The position numbers and the translations under genes are program-made. A stretch of DNA of 64,000 bases from Octopus sinensis. Its lineage: Eukaryota. Below the pieces are notes generated by a model. It was not told where the DNA came from, made no database searches, and saw only the letters and a program-made list of their open reading frames with translations. This document shows positions 13,646-25,382 of the stretch, one piece after another; the first letter of the stretch is position 1; each line of letters begins with the position of its first letter. The DNA lies in assembly GCF_006345805.1 (NCBI RefSeq), contig NC_043009.1:35960001-36024000 (forward strand), read 5' to 3'.

Positions 13646-14549
13646 TTATATATAGAGAGAGAGGGGGGAGGGAGGGAAAGAGAGAGGTGAGGAGAGAGAG
13701 CGAGAGATAAAGAAAGAGAGAGAAACACTCTTATATATATGCGTGTGTGTCTAAGAATACATATTTGCAAAAATAATAAATATATTCGAGAAACAAACCA
13801 ATACAACAAAGCCTGTGTATATGTATAAATACAATCAATACTTAAATATTAATTAATTACATTTTAGACTTCATTTACATTAATGATTCCTATTTGTATT
13901 TTTGTTTTTCTCCTTGATTTGGTTTCTAGAACTCGAGCTAGAAGGGCGAGATTTCTATGTTTACGTGTGCATATGTGTATGTGGCTATATGTCTTCATAC
14001 TGAATATCTGAAGAGTAGGAAGAATACGGGAGTTCCAATTCATGTAGCAATGTGATTATAAACGCTTTGGGGGTATGTGTATGCAAGAATGTGTGACGGT
14101 GCATGAATATGGTATGCGTATGTTTGTGCGTTCGTATGTGTGTGCGTGTGTGTGTGTTTGTGTGTGAATGTTTATATATGTATATGGATAAACGTATCGA
14201 TATGCTGTGCGTAACATGAGTTTGTATATGTACAGTTTTGTGTATGTGACCGTGTGTCTTTGTATGCACCTATTGGGATATGTGTGCGTGCGTCCATGTG
14301 TGTGTTTGTGTTTGTGTTCCTGCCTCTGTCTGTATGTGCTTCTAAGCTGAAAACCAGGAGGCGGAAGTTGCTTTACTATTGATCTTCAAGTAAAACAACC
14401 ATTTCTACAATGTATATAGAAATGGTTGTTTTAGTCAGAGATCGATAGAATGTAGTTCATTAGTAGCTTAGAGCGAAACTGTTTATTTACAGGCGTTTCA
14501 TATTATTGCAAGCGACTTAAAGTGCATCGGACGCGTACCTCTAAGTGTG

Positions 14550-14570
14550 TATGTATGTATTGTTGTATAT

Positions 14571-14608
<38 letters not shown>

Positions 14609-14792
14609 CGTACACATATGAATGTAGATATGTACATATGCATGTATGTATGTATGTATGTATGTATGTATTTTTGTATGTATATACGTATGAATGAACT
14701 ATCTATCTACCTACTTATCTGTCGTTTGATCTATCCTTATATATGTCAATTCATCTACAAATATATACACACACGCATATATGATTATGACA

Positions 14793-14840
<48 letters not shown>

Positions 14841-14897
14841 TATATACCTACTTACATATATACATATATATGTACGTACACAGACTCACATATACCT

Positions 14898-14973
<76 letters not shown>

Positions 14974-14990
14974 ACGTATATACATACATA
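14550..14990. repeat. (TA)n, (TATG)n, (GATA)n microsatellites
   Basis: Directly visible. Confidence 0.9.
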
Positions 14991-15681
14991 TGTGTGCGTG
15001 TCTGTAAGTGTCTGTATGTGTGTATTTAACGTTTTAGATTTTTTTCTTTTGGTTATTGACACCATTATATACTACATTATGTATATTGTTCTTTTCTCTC
15101 CCTCTGTGTTTCCCTCTCACACACACTCACTCTCTCGTTCTTTTGTATCTCTCACACTCTCTCTCCCTTCTCACTATACGCACATACATTATAGGTATGT
15201 GAGTAGTAATGTGTTTGTGGGGTAATTAAATTTATTTACATCACAAGCAACTTATTTATTCGTCTCTTTGATGATTTCTTTGCAATCAATTGGTAATCAG
15301 TAGCGGCTGACGCCTACCTCTTTATTACGTAAGTAAACAAGAAGGCTGGATCGCAGATACACTCCTATATTTAAACTATGGTGAACTACTGGAAAAATTT
15401 AGATTTTTCTGAGAATGTTCATTCTAAAATTTCCAAAGCGTAAGATTTTTGCCTAAGTAACATTTGTTCACAAAGATAAGCATAAATATAATTGACAGGA
15501 ACATAAAAAGCTAAGTGGCAGGAAGCTGTTTATATGCATCTAATATGTATGTTTGTGTTGCGCGCGTGTGTGTGTGTGTGTGTGTTTGTGTGCGTGTATG
15601 TGTGCGTGTGTGTGTGTGCGCGCGTGTATGTGTTTGTGCACGCGCGCGTGTGTTGTTTGTGTATGCATAAGTGTATGTATG

Positions 15682-16560
15682 CATCGGCGGCTAAACTGGC
15701 ACCCCACCAGGCTATCCTGTTGAGGAGGGTTGTTAGAAACCCAGCAGGATTAAAAACAAGACCTGTTGCAAGGTCGGGTGAACCTAGTGCAGGCTCAACG
15801 ACTATCTAGCAACATCACGGGTACGCAGAAATTCCGGGATGGTGTTCGGCGTCCTAGAAGACCACTGGTGGTGAGGCACCCCTCAGCTTCTATTGAAGCA
15901 CGTCTCTAGGAGAAGGTCACTCTGATATAAAACCAGATATGCAGGGAATGGCATTGGACATTTTGGGGATCTTTGGGTTGTGCTAGAGATTATGGCGCTC
16001 CCACATCCCTGAGCCTGCGTCTCATAAAGGCACCAGACATCTTGCTTTGGCTTGTCTCTGGATAATGTTAATAAAGTGGAGAGGGTCTATGAAATGTCGT
16101 GCAAGCCTTATTGGACTTAAAACTCTACACAGAGATTGCTGACCCCTGCTCGATATGTACTGCTTCTTTTTTGCTCCTAAATATACTTATTGTATTTTCA
16201 GTGTATATCTCTATTTTTAGTATATATTTATATATTTATTTATTTTTAGTATATTTTTATTTTATTCGGAAGTCCTGCGGCGATGGGAAGGTGGTGAATC
16301 ATGCAGACCTGACGGTTTGGAAGCATGTAATCAGCGACCCGCGCATAGGCAGCCCATGCTAGATATAAAGTCGTCTCCATGTCGCCCAAGTCAGTGGTGG
16401 GATTCGGTTGCTGTATGGGTGTCTAAACAGCTCCATTTAGAGGGTGCACTGTTCACCCAGACGCCGGTGAGGTTCTAGAAAAGGTGGACCAAATATTGCC
16501 TGTCTTTCTGTATCTGGTCCGTTTAGCGCAACTAACGGATATCCACCCTGCGCTCAAAAA
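15682..16560 (+). mobile_element. GC-richer non-coding segment, possibly the 5' UTR of an RTE-type LINE
   Basis: Sharp GC step relative to flanks; motif TCTCTAGGAGAAGGTCACTCTGATATAAAACC (~15905-15936) resembles the GGAGAAGGAAAACTCTGA-n-AAACC motif of RTE-type 5' UTRs; no ORF recognised. Confidence 0.35.
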
Positions 16561-17777
16561 ATAATCGACTTCATCCGTTTGTCTGTCAATTTATACATAT
16601 CAACATCTACACATACAATTCGTACTCATGTAAATGTACATATGCATTCCCATATATACGTGCATCTGTATGTAGTATCACCCCTGAACACACAGGTATA
16701 TATTCCTTGCATACATGCATACATTCACACATACACACAAATACAAACATACATACACACGCACATATGTATGCACACATATACACACTAATATAATTAG
16801 ATGATTGTGATATTCGAGAATGAAAGAGGAATTAGATAGGTATTATGAGTTAAAATGTAGTTTTATAAAGTTATTGGGATTACCTAAGGGGTATTGTGGA
16901 AATATACTGTATGGTCATTTAGGTATATTAAGACGATATTACCGCCTCCATTCCTGAAAACATTCCCCAAAATTGACCTAATTGTAACTGACGTCCTGGA
17001 ACCATCTGCTCTTTACAAACTCATTGCAGAAGATATAATGTAATTTACAAATGCACTGTCCTTAATCAATTACACAACTGTACAGCCGTATACATAGGAT
17101 CAACCAAACATTTTAAGCAACTAAATGCCGCTCACCTCCATTCTTTTAGATACGATGAACATAGTAAGTCTACAACACTCGCCAACCACATACATCATCT
17201 CAAAAATACAAATATACCCTATACTCTATCATAGTCCATACTGGATTCAGGACTTCCCTACCGAGGTCAACGCTCAACCTGCAAGCTTTGCATGAAGGGG
17301 GCACTTCAAATATTAAAGCACAACTCTCCAGTACTGCTAAATAAACATAATGAGGCACTAAACACATGCAACCACCGCTTTGTCACACATTCAAATTCTA
17401 GCACAAATCCAAATGCCTAAATGGCCATTCAGTATATTTCCACAATACTCCTTAGGTAATCCCAATAGCCTTATAAATCTACATTTTAACTCCTAATCCC
17501 TATCTAATTCCATTTCATACTCGAATATCATAACCATCTAATTATAATACTGTGTATATGCCTTCATACATATGTGCGTGTGTATGTATTTGTGTATATG
17601 TGTGTATGTGTGAATGTATGTATGTATGCAAAGAATATATACTTGCGTGTGCAGGGGCGATAATCCATACAGATACACATATATATGAGTATACATATGT
17701 ACATATACATGAGTACAAATTGTATGTGTAGATGTTGGTATGTATAAATTGACACACAAACGGATTAAGTCGATTAT
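16561..17777 (+). mobile_element. 5'-truncated Penelope-like element with an inverted copy of its 3' end
   Basis: Arms 16561-16927 and 17411-17777 are reverse complements (roughly 85% by eye) enclosing a GIY-YIG coding spacer. Confidence 0.85.
16983..17420 (+). pseudogene. Penelope GIY-YIG endonuclease (single frame, two premature stops)
   Basis: CN*RPGTICSLQTHCRRYNVIYKCTV...VYIGSTKHFKQLNAAHLHSFRYDEHSKSTTLANHIHHLK...LS*SIL...CKLCMKGALQIL...LLNKHNEALNTCNH; not in the ORF track because of the stops. Confidence 0.85.
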
Positions 17778-17935
17778 AACGACCCCAGTGCATAACTGGT
17801 ACTTATTTAATCGATCCCGAAAGGATGAAAGGCAAAGTCGACCTCGGCGGAATTTGAACTCAGAACGTAGCGGCAGACGAAATTCGGCTAAGCATTTCGC
17901 CCGGCGTGCTTACGTTTCTGCCAGCTCGTCGCCTT
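17755..17935 (-). mobile_element. SINE family A (tail-truncated)
   Basis: Minus strand AGGCGACGAGCTGGCAGAAACG...GAGTTCAAATTCCGCCGAGGTCGACTTTGCCTTTCATCC...AATCGACTTAATCCGTTTG. Confidence 0.9.
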
Positions 17936-19508
17936 GATTGTTTATGCAATCATGAAATGACCTAAACTGGTAAGAAGAGATGTATTGGCTGGACATGATA
18001 AACCAATTCACACAGTGTATAAACAGTTAGTTCGTAACTTGTGTGGCAGTATTTCGCCTCTTCCGTCTTGATGTAATGGTTAAGACGGACGTTCATATCT
18101 ATTAAAGTCAAGTATTCTACATTATCCTTTGTTTTTTCTCTTTTATTTATTGAAGAATAAATTCTTTGAATGTATTCAATATCAAAATACCCTCGTTCCA
18201 ATTCGTGAATATATATATGATTAGTATTGTTTACATTAATGACAGAGAAAAATATCTTTACTGATATATAGTTGGCGATTTATTGACAAATTATTTTCGG
18301 GCAAAGACGGAGAAATCACTCAAAGTATTAATTTAAAAGTGAATGAATCTAATTGTCACTGAATACACAAAAGTTTACCATATTGAAACTTACCGACAGA
18401 AGTGAACGAAAAATATTAAGATGTTATTTTACGAGTCAAATAAGGGTATTAATTGAAATAAATATATAAAGAAAACCACGTGTAAAGCCGCTCACATTAA
18501 AATCAAGTTGTATGCAGTTTGAAATAATGGTAATTTATTTATTTACTAATTATTAAAAGACTGTTGCTTGTAGGGAAAAATGAACTGTAAATCACTTGTT
18601 AATGGATACAAAACTGAATTACAGTAAAAGTGTATGCAAACTGAAATTAAGAAAGCATTTTGTTATAGAATGATGAGAGAATGTTGACCATCTCGACAAG
18701 AATAATAAACCAAGAATGCTTCAGGCTTGGAAAAAGATTTTAGCTATTTACGAGAACAGCTACAAACAGTGTTAATTAAATGTAATTTTAGTAGGGTAGT
18801 AAAAACATTATTATTTCTGCCGTAGGAAACCAACAAAAATATTTGTTTATTATTATACGGAGAGAACAGCAGCTAGTATATTATTATAAGCTGTACAATA
18901 AAGAAATGTATTTTAAAAACTATTAATACTATTAATTTTTAGAAAATTATTAGCAAAATCTAAAACTACAAAACGTGCAACAAAAAGAAGACGAGAATGG
19001 TAAGACAAAATTCTCGAAGATAGCTACATGCCAAACTATCGCTCATTGGTTGATTGGGTTGAAAATTAACCAATAAGACGCTATCACCACGCAAAAGGTC
19101 ACAGCTCCCTTACACTTTTATTCGCAAGCTATGCATTTATTCTCAGACACGCAGTAAGACTCGACTATAACATTCTGTTGTCGGTCACTGCGTGCCTCAC
19201 AGATATCACTATTGCCGCCAACATATGACCACATACACCTTCGGTTACAAGAGAATGTGTCTCGGCTTGAGTGTGTGTGTGAATGTGTGTGTTTATTTAG
19301 CAGTCTGTATCTGTTAGTCTCCATCATTCTCATTCTCTCTCCCCCGCTCTCTCTCTCTCTCTTTCTCTGCCATTTTCTGGATGTGTTAATTTGAGTCTCT
19401 ATCATAGACACCCTGAGACACGATTTTTCTATTTCTCTTTTTCTATCAATCTATCAATCTATCTATCTTTCTACTTATCTGTCTGTCTATGTGTCTATCT
19501 ATCTCGTA

Positions 19509-20750
19509 CACAGACATGCAGGAATTAAATAGACACCTTTAATTTTCAAAATCTTTTATTTAATACGCAAAGCGAACAATTGAAATGTAATCGATAGGCA
19601 GGCCTACATACTTTAGTATTTAGTTGACATTCCCTTTGCAGTTTTTAATTCAGAAACTCTTTTTGGCATTGAACTGATGCGCTTTGTGATTGTCGCTTGT
19701 GGAATTTCTGACCACTTTTCACGCAACAATCAAAACAATTCATCTTTAGATTTAAGCTTCTATCGAGCTTTTTGTATAGCTCTATCTAGTATGCTCCAAA
19801 GATTTTCAATTGGGTTCTTGTCAGGAGATTGGCTCGGCCAAGGAAGCTTTTCGATCCCATTTTCAGTCAACCATTGTTGATTCCTTTTCGCTGTGTGGCG
19901 TGAAGCCCCATTTTCCATAAATAAAAACTCATTTTTCGTTATTTTATCGTGTGAATACATCGGAAGTACTCTTTGCTTAAGTATTTCGATGTATTTTTCA
20001 GAGCTTATGGTTCCAACGCATTCGATCGGCTTAGAACAGCCATTGCTGGTGACAGCTCCCCGTACCATTACAGAGATACCGCCATGTTTCACAGTTGGTT
20101 GGAGTCGTTTCAAATCAAATTCGTGATTGGGAATCCTCCAGACCCAAACACGTACACTGTCTGAAAATAATGCAAATCTGGATTCATCTGAGAAAATCAC
20201 TCTATCCCAAAATGAACTGGATTTTTCTGACATCCTCTTAGCCCATTTCTTTATTTTCATGATATTAATTGGTTGAAGGAGAGGTTTTCTCCTAGCTGCT
20301 CGCCCATAATACCCAAGCTTATGCAGATATGTAACACACGTTTTTGGACTAACTTCTAACTGTTTTGCAATGTCAGAAGCCTTCGAATGGGGTTCGTTTT
20401 CCAAAATTCTCTTCAAACTGCGAAGCTTCCTTTCCGAGAGCCTAGGTCGACCGGGACGAGAATCTGTCGATTCTTTTCCTTGGATTGCACTATAATTCTG
20501 TTAACAGTAGCAAGAGGGATTTGAAGATTATCGTCAATTTTTTGCTGACCAGTCTCAGATTGCCCAAAAATGCGACTTCTTTGAAAATCTGACATTTCCG
20601 CTGAATTTTTTGTGCGTTGCATGGTTACTCTTCGCAAAAGTTTAATGTAATGGCACCTGGAATGAAAAAGAATAATTACATTGTAAATTCTACACCACTA
20701 AAAACATTAAGAAACTTAGATCAGAAATTTTTACTTCCTGCATGTCTGTG
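19509..20750 (-). mobile_element. Full-length Tc1 (DD34E-type) transposon, 1242 bp
   Basis: TIRs CACAGACATGCAGGAA(T/G)TAAA at 19509 and 20750, TA at 19507-19508; internal transposase. Confidence 0.9.
19613..20622 (-). pseudogene. Tc1 transposase, disrupted
   Basis: HTH region (SDFQRSRIFG...IPLATVNRII, RPGRPRL) frameshifted into ORF 19760-20416 with FSDESRF, KHGG-SVMV-G, FMENGASRH (second catalytic D appears as N) and WPSQSPDKNPIENLW; stops in the C-terminus, ending MPKRVSELKTAKGMSTKY*. Confidence 0.9.
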
Positions 20751-21752
20751 TGTGTGTATGTATGTATGTATTTATGTATGTATGTATGTATGTATGTATG
20801 TATGTATGTATGTATGTATGCATGTATGCATGTATGTATGTATGTATGGAAGTATGCATGCGTGTGTGTGTGTATGGGCGTCTGGATGAGATAGTACCGC
20901 TGATGGTGTGGTGCTCTTCGAAGTATCATATAAATATTATATATATATATGCATATATATTACTTATATTACACACACACACACACATATATATATACCA
21001 ACTTCCTCTCCAATTCTGTGTATTATATTCCAGAGAGAAACTATTGTTTAACCCAAAACTACAATCAAGAAGCTTGCCCAATCTGCCGAGCAGCGGTAAT
21101 AGACACGCAGATCAAGGGATACTAAAGTGAACTTCTTGACCAACCAACCACACCTGCGACTCTTGTTCTCATGTGTTATTTATTTCAGTTTATTATTATT
21201 ATTATTTTGCTTTCACATTGTATTCTCTTTCATTTTTAAATACATTAGTGTTTTTGTTTAGCCCATTGTCAAATCAGAAAGAATAAATCTATTGTTCCAG
21301 CTGTGACCATTGCATCTTATTGTCTCTCACGTCAACCCAGCTCCAATCCAAATCCTGTGCTTCTATTTTGAAGATAGAAAGGCATAATTTTAGCGGAATT
21401 TAACTACTTTTTTGTAAAAAGAACAAAAACAAGCCACGAGGAGGACTGCTGATTAGCTTCAAAGGAATAAGATGAAGGCGGGAAAGCAGTGAACAGAAGA
21501 GTGGAAACTAAGCAGGAAAGAACAGTGCAATCTTCGGGGAAATTAACAACGACTGTTTCAGTTTGTGAATGTAAGATAAAGATTATAAATGAAAGGATAT
21601 TTCAATGATAGATATTGTGAAATGGAATATGTAATATCTGTGTCGGGGATATGATATCAGACTCGATATTAATAAACAATAACTTGAGATTACAGAACAA
21701 AGTAAATACGCGTCTTATTTTATTTTACCAATTAACAAACACATAAATATAC

Positions 21753-21810
<58 letters not shown>

Positions 21811-22387
21811 TATGTATATACGTACAGCCATATATATATTTGTGTGTTTATTTATGTGCGGGTGTATGTGATTTTGAATATGCAGATATGTATATATTGT
21901 ATGTATAGATGTGCGAATGCATGTGTATATATGTATGTGAATGTATATGTATGTGTATGGGCGTGTTTATGTGTGTGTATATGCATGTATGAGTATGTGT
22001 GTATGAGGAAATAGACGCACATGAACTTACATCACAATGTCGCGAAGTGCATTCCGAGAAATCCCAGAGTTCTGTAAATAATTCTAGGATTGTGCGAGAT
22101 AAGGAATTTTTATAAGAGAATTAAATAAAAATTACTTTTAGACAGAAGTGATACGCGCCATTTTAAGTAAATTCTATATTTGTAAATGAATAAGTTGTTT
22201 CTCTAAAACAATCATTATTACGTTTACTGTCTTATAGAAATTAGAACGACGGAGGTAAATAGAGATACGGGTTCTACCACTTTATACTACGCTCTATGGC
22301 GTTTGTGTGTCTGTATGTGTTTTGCGCATATGTGCATACGTATATATATATATATATATATATGCACATACACAATAAAATACTATA

Positions 22388-22530
22388 AAAAAATAAAATC
22401 ACAGATAGCCATTTAGTGCATTATTCTTTAAATGAAAAATAAAATCACAGAAAGCTGTTTAGTGCATTATTCTTTAAATGAAAAAATAAAACCACAGAAA
22501 GCTATTTAGTGCATTATTCTTTAAAGGAAA
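22388..22530. repeat. Minisatellite, 3 x ~47 bp
   Basis: AAAAATAAAATCACAGAAAGCTATTTAGTGCATTATTCTTTAAATGA-type unit repeated three times. Confidence 0.9.
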
Positions 22531-22654
22531 AATTTGTAAACAAACTCTCGACACTACGGTGAGAAGCACGGTTAGTGATCTCTCTCTCTCACTCTCTCTC
22601 TTTCTCTCTCTCACTCTCTTTGTCCCTCTCTCTGTATATATATTCTTTTATTTC

Positions 22655-22863
22655 ATCCTTTTACTTGTTTCAGTCATTTGACTGAGGCCATGTTGGAACA
22701 CTGCCATTTAGTCGAAAAAGTCGACCCCAGGAGTTCTGTGAGCCTAGTGCTTATTCTATCAGCATCTCGTTGAACCGCGAAGATATATATATATATATGG
22801 CGGTGCCCCAGCATGGCCGCAGCTCATAAGCTGAAACTGGAAAAATCAAATCAAAATCAAAAT

Positions 22864-22870
<7 letters not shown>
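22655..22870. mobile_element. Two SINE-B-type tail fragments in opposite orientation
   Basis: 22655-22782 minus (TTACTTGTTTCAGTCATTTGACTG...); 22798-22870 plus (GGCGGTGCCCCAGCATGGCCGCAG...GCTGAAAC then (AAATC)n). Confidence 0.7.
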
Positions 22871-22900
<30 letters not shown>

Positions 22901-23180
22901 GTGCACATTACTATGTATCCATTGGCAGCCCATCTTACCAATCGTAGAATTGAGTAGAAGCAAGCACTTATTAAAAGAGAAGCAATGAAGGGTTTGCTTG
23001 CAACCAAGGGTCCTTCATTCCTATCTTGTGCAACCGTATTTGTATCTCCCAAGCTGGTAAGTAATAAACATGAGTACTTATTTAGTCCCCCCTAAATCAG
23101 AATCACGCGAAGAAGAAGAAGAAGAAGAAGAAGAGAAGAAGAAGAAGAAGAAGAAGAAGAAGAAGAAGAAGAAGCGACTG

Positions 23181-23629
23181 GCGAAATATTAGTACGCATT
23201 TTGCCCGGAGTGCTAACGTTTCTGCCAGTTCAATAACTATAAAAATAATAATAATCGACCCCAGTGCGTAACTGGTATTTATTTTATCGGCCCCGAAAGG
23301 ATAAAAGACAAAGTCGATCTCGGTGTAGTTTCTACTCAGATCGTAAAGACGAACGAAATGCAGGTATGTTGTCAGCATGCTAACGATTCTTTTCTATTCT
23401 AGGCACAAGGCCAGAAGTTTTTTGGGTAGGGGAGCCAGTCGATTAGATCGACCCCAGTAGGCAATTGGTACTTAATTCATAAACTCCGAAAGAGTGAAAG
23501 GCAAAGTTGATCTCGGCGGAATTTGAACTCAGGACGTAGTGACAGACGAAATGCCGCTAAGCATTTCGTTGGCGTGCTAACGATTCTGCCATCTCAATAA
23601 TAATAATAATAATAATGATAATAATGATG

Positions 23630-23682
<53 letters not shown>

Positions 23683-24276
23683 CCTTTCTACAGGAAGCCC
23701 AATGCCTCAAATTTGGGGAAGGGATAAAGTCGATTACATCAAACCCAGTGCGTACTTGGTACTTTTTCAATCAATCCCGATAGGATGAAAGGCAAAGTCG
23801 ACCTCGACGGAATTTGAACTCAAAACGTAACGACACATGAAATACCACAAGGATGAAAGGCAAAGTCGACCTTATAATAATAATGATCTTTCTACGCTAG
23901 GCACAAGCCCCAAAATTTTGGGGGAGGGAGTCAGTCGATTAGATTGACCCCAGTACGCAACTGGTACTTAACTTATCGACCCCAAAAGGTTGAAAGGCAA
24001 AGTCGACCTCGGCGGAATTTGAACTGAGAATGTAAAGACAGACGAAATACCTATTTCTTTACTACCCACAAGGGGCTAAACACAGAGAGGACAAACAAGG
24101 ACAGACAAATGGATTAAGTTGATTATATCAATCCCAGTGTGTAACTGGTACTTATTTAATCGACCCCGAAAGGATGAAAGGCAAAGTCGACCTCGGCGGA
24201 ATTTGAACTCAGAACGTAGCGGCAGACGAAATGCCGCTAAACATTTCGTCGGTGTGGTAACGATTCTGCCAGCTCA

Positions 24277-24331
<55 letters not shown>

Positions 24332-24343
24332 TGATGATGATGG

Positions 24344-24404
<61 letters not shown>

Positions 24405-24507
24405 TTTCAACAACAGGCACAAGGCCTGAAATCTGTGTTGGGACAAGTGGATTTCATGAACCTAGTGTGTAACTGGTAGTTATTTCATCGAAAAGCAAAG
24501 ATGACTC
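23181..24507 (-). mobile_element. Cluster of at least 7 SINE A units, all minus strand, with (AAT)n/(GAT)n spacers; includes a dimer at 23888-24277
   Basis: Units at about 23181-23232, 23253-23390, 23391-23597, 23682-23872, 23888-24050, 24051-24277 and 24401-24507; recurring GGCAAAGTCGACCTCGGCGGAATTTGAACT. Confidence 0.9.
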
Positions 24508-24771
24508 AGCGTAGGGCCTTAAATTAGAGCAAAAACAATACATTTGACTCCTCCAGCACCAATGTATTACAGGTACTCCTTAAGACTAGGGTTTGAAGCA
24601 CCAAATGCCAGATGACAGCTCGACAAGAACTGTGATATTTAGCAGTGTTCAAAACGTTAAGAGTGCTTTCATCTTATTCCCGCTGAGGAGGTCAATTTCT
24701 TATGTAAATTCAATAACCCCTATTTCCAGGGCTGAGGATTGACCATTCATTTTCACTACATGGTTCGTACT

Positions 24772-24803
<32 letters not shown>

Positions 24804-25258
24804 GACGAATAACAATCCAAAGTGTATGTCAGTACGATTCGAACGTAAAAGGAGCAAGTTCGACACCGTACAGTCTTTCGAATCTGTTTTTGTTTCACCA
24901 GATTTTGTTTCCCAGATCGATCAATAAAAAGTGAAATACTTTTAATATTTCCGGAATCACTAATATCGTCTTCAGACGATAACAAATTTCATACATTTAT
25001 AATGTCAAAAAAAAGTCATTTATTATATTCCGAAAAAAAAAATAAGCACAAGAAACAAATTCCCAAACTGACAACTTATATATCTTTTATTTTCTTTTTT
25101 TTCTCTCTCTCTCTCTGGTGATAATTTCTTTTGTGTAGATAACTAGTAAACACCTGCTCACACGTACCTACCTTTAAGTATCTGCTTATACATTCTAACA
25201 CGCATGCATTTACGTATATATTTGTGTGTATATACATACACGCTTATTTATAGCCGTG

Positions 25259-25289
<31 letters not shown>

Positions 25290-25382
25290 AAGTGTGTGTA
25301 AGTGTGTGTGTGTGTATGTGTGTGTGTGTGTAAGTGTGTGTGTGTGTGTGTGATGTGTGTATGTGTGTGTGTAATATTGCAG

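Noticed and set aside
22388-22530. Short direct-repeat arrays as CRISPR-like (also 53104-53224 and 62499-62596)
   Set aside because: Units are contiguous with no unique spacers, in a eukaryotic context; simple tandem duplications.
24940-24985. CTGAAGA...GAAA on the minus strand
   Set aside because: No convincing helix II, III or I; explained by the small hairpin ATCGTC-TTCA-GACGAT.
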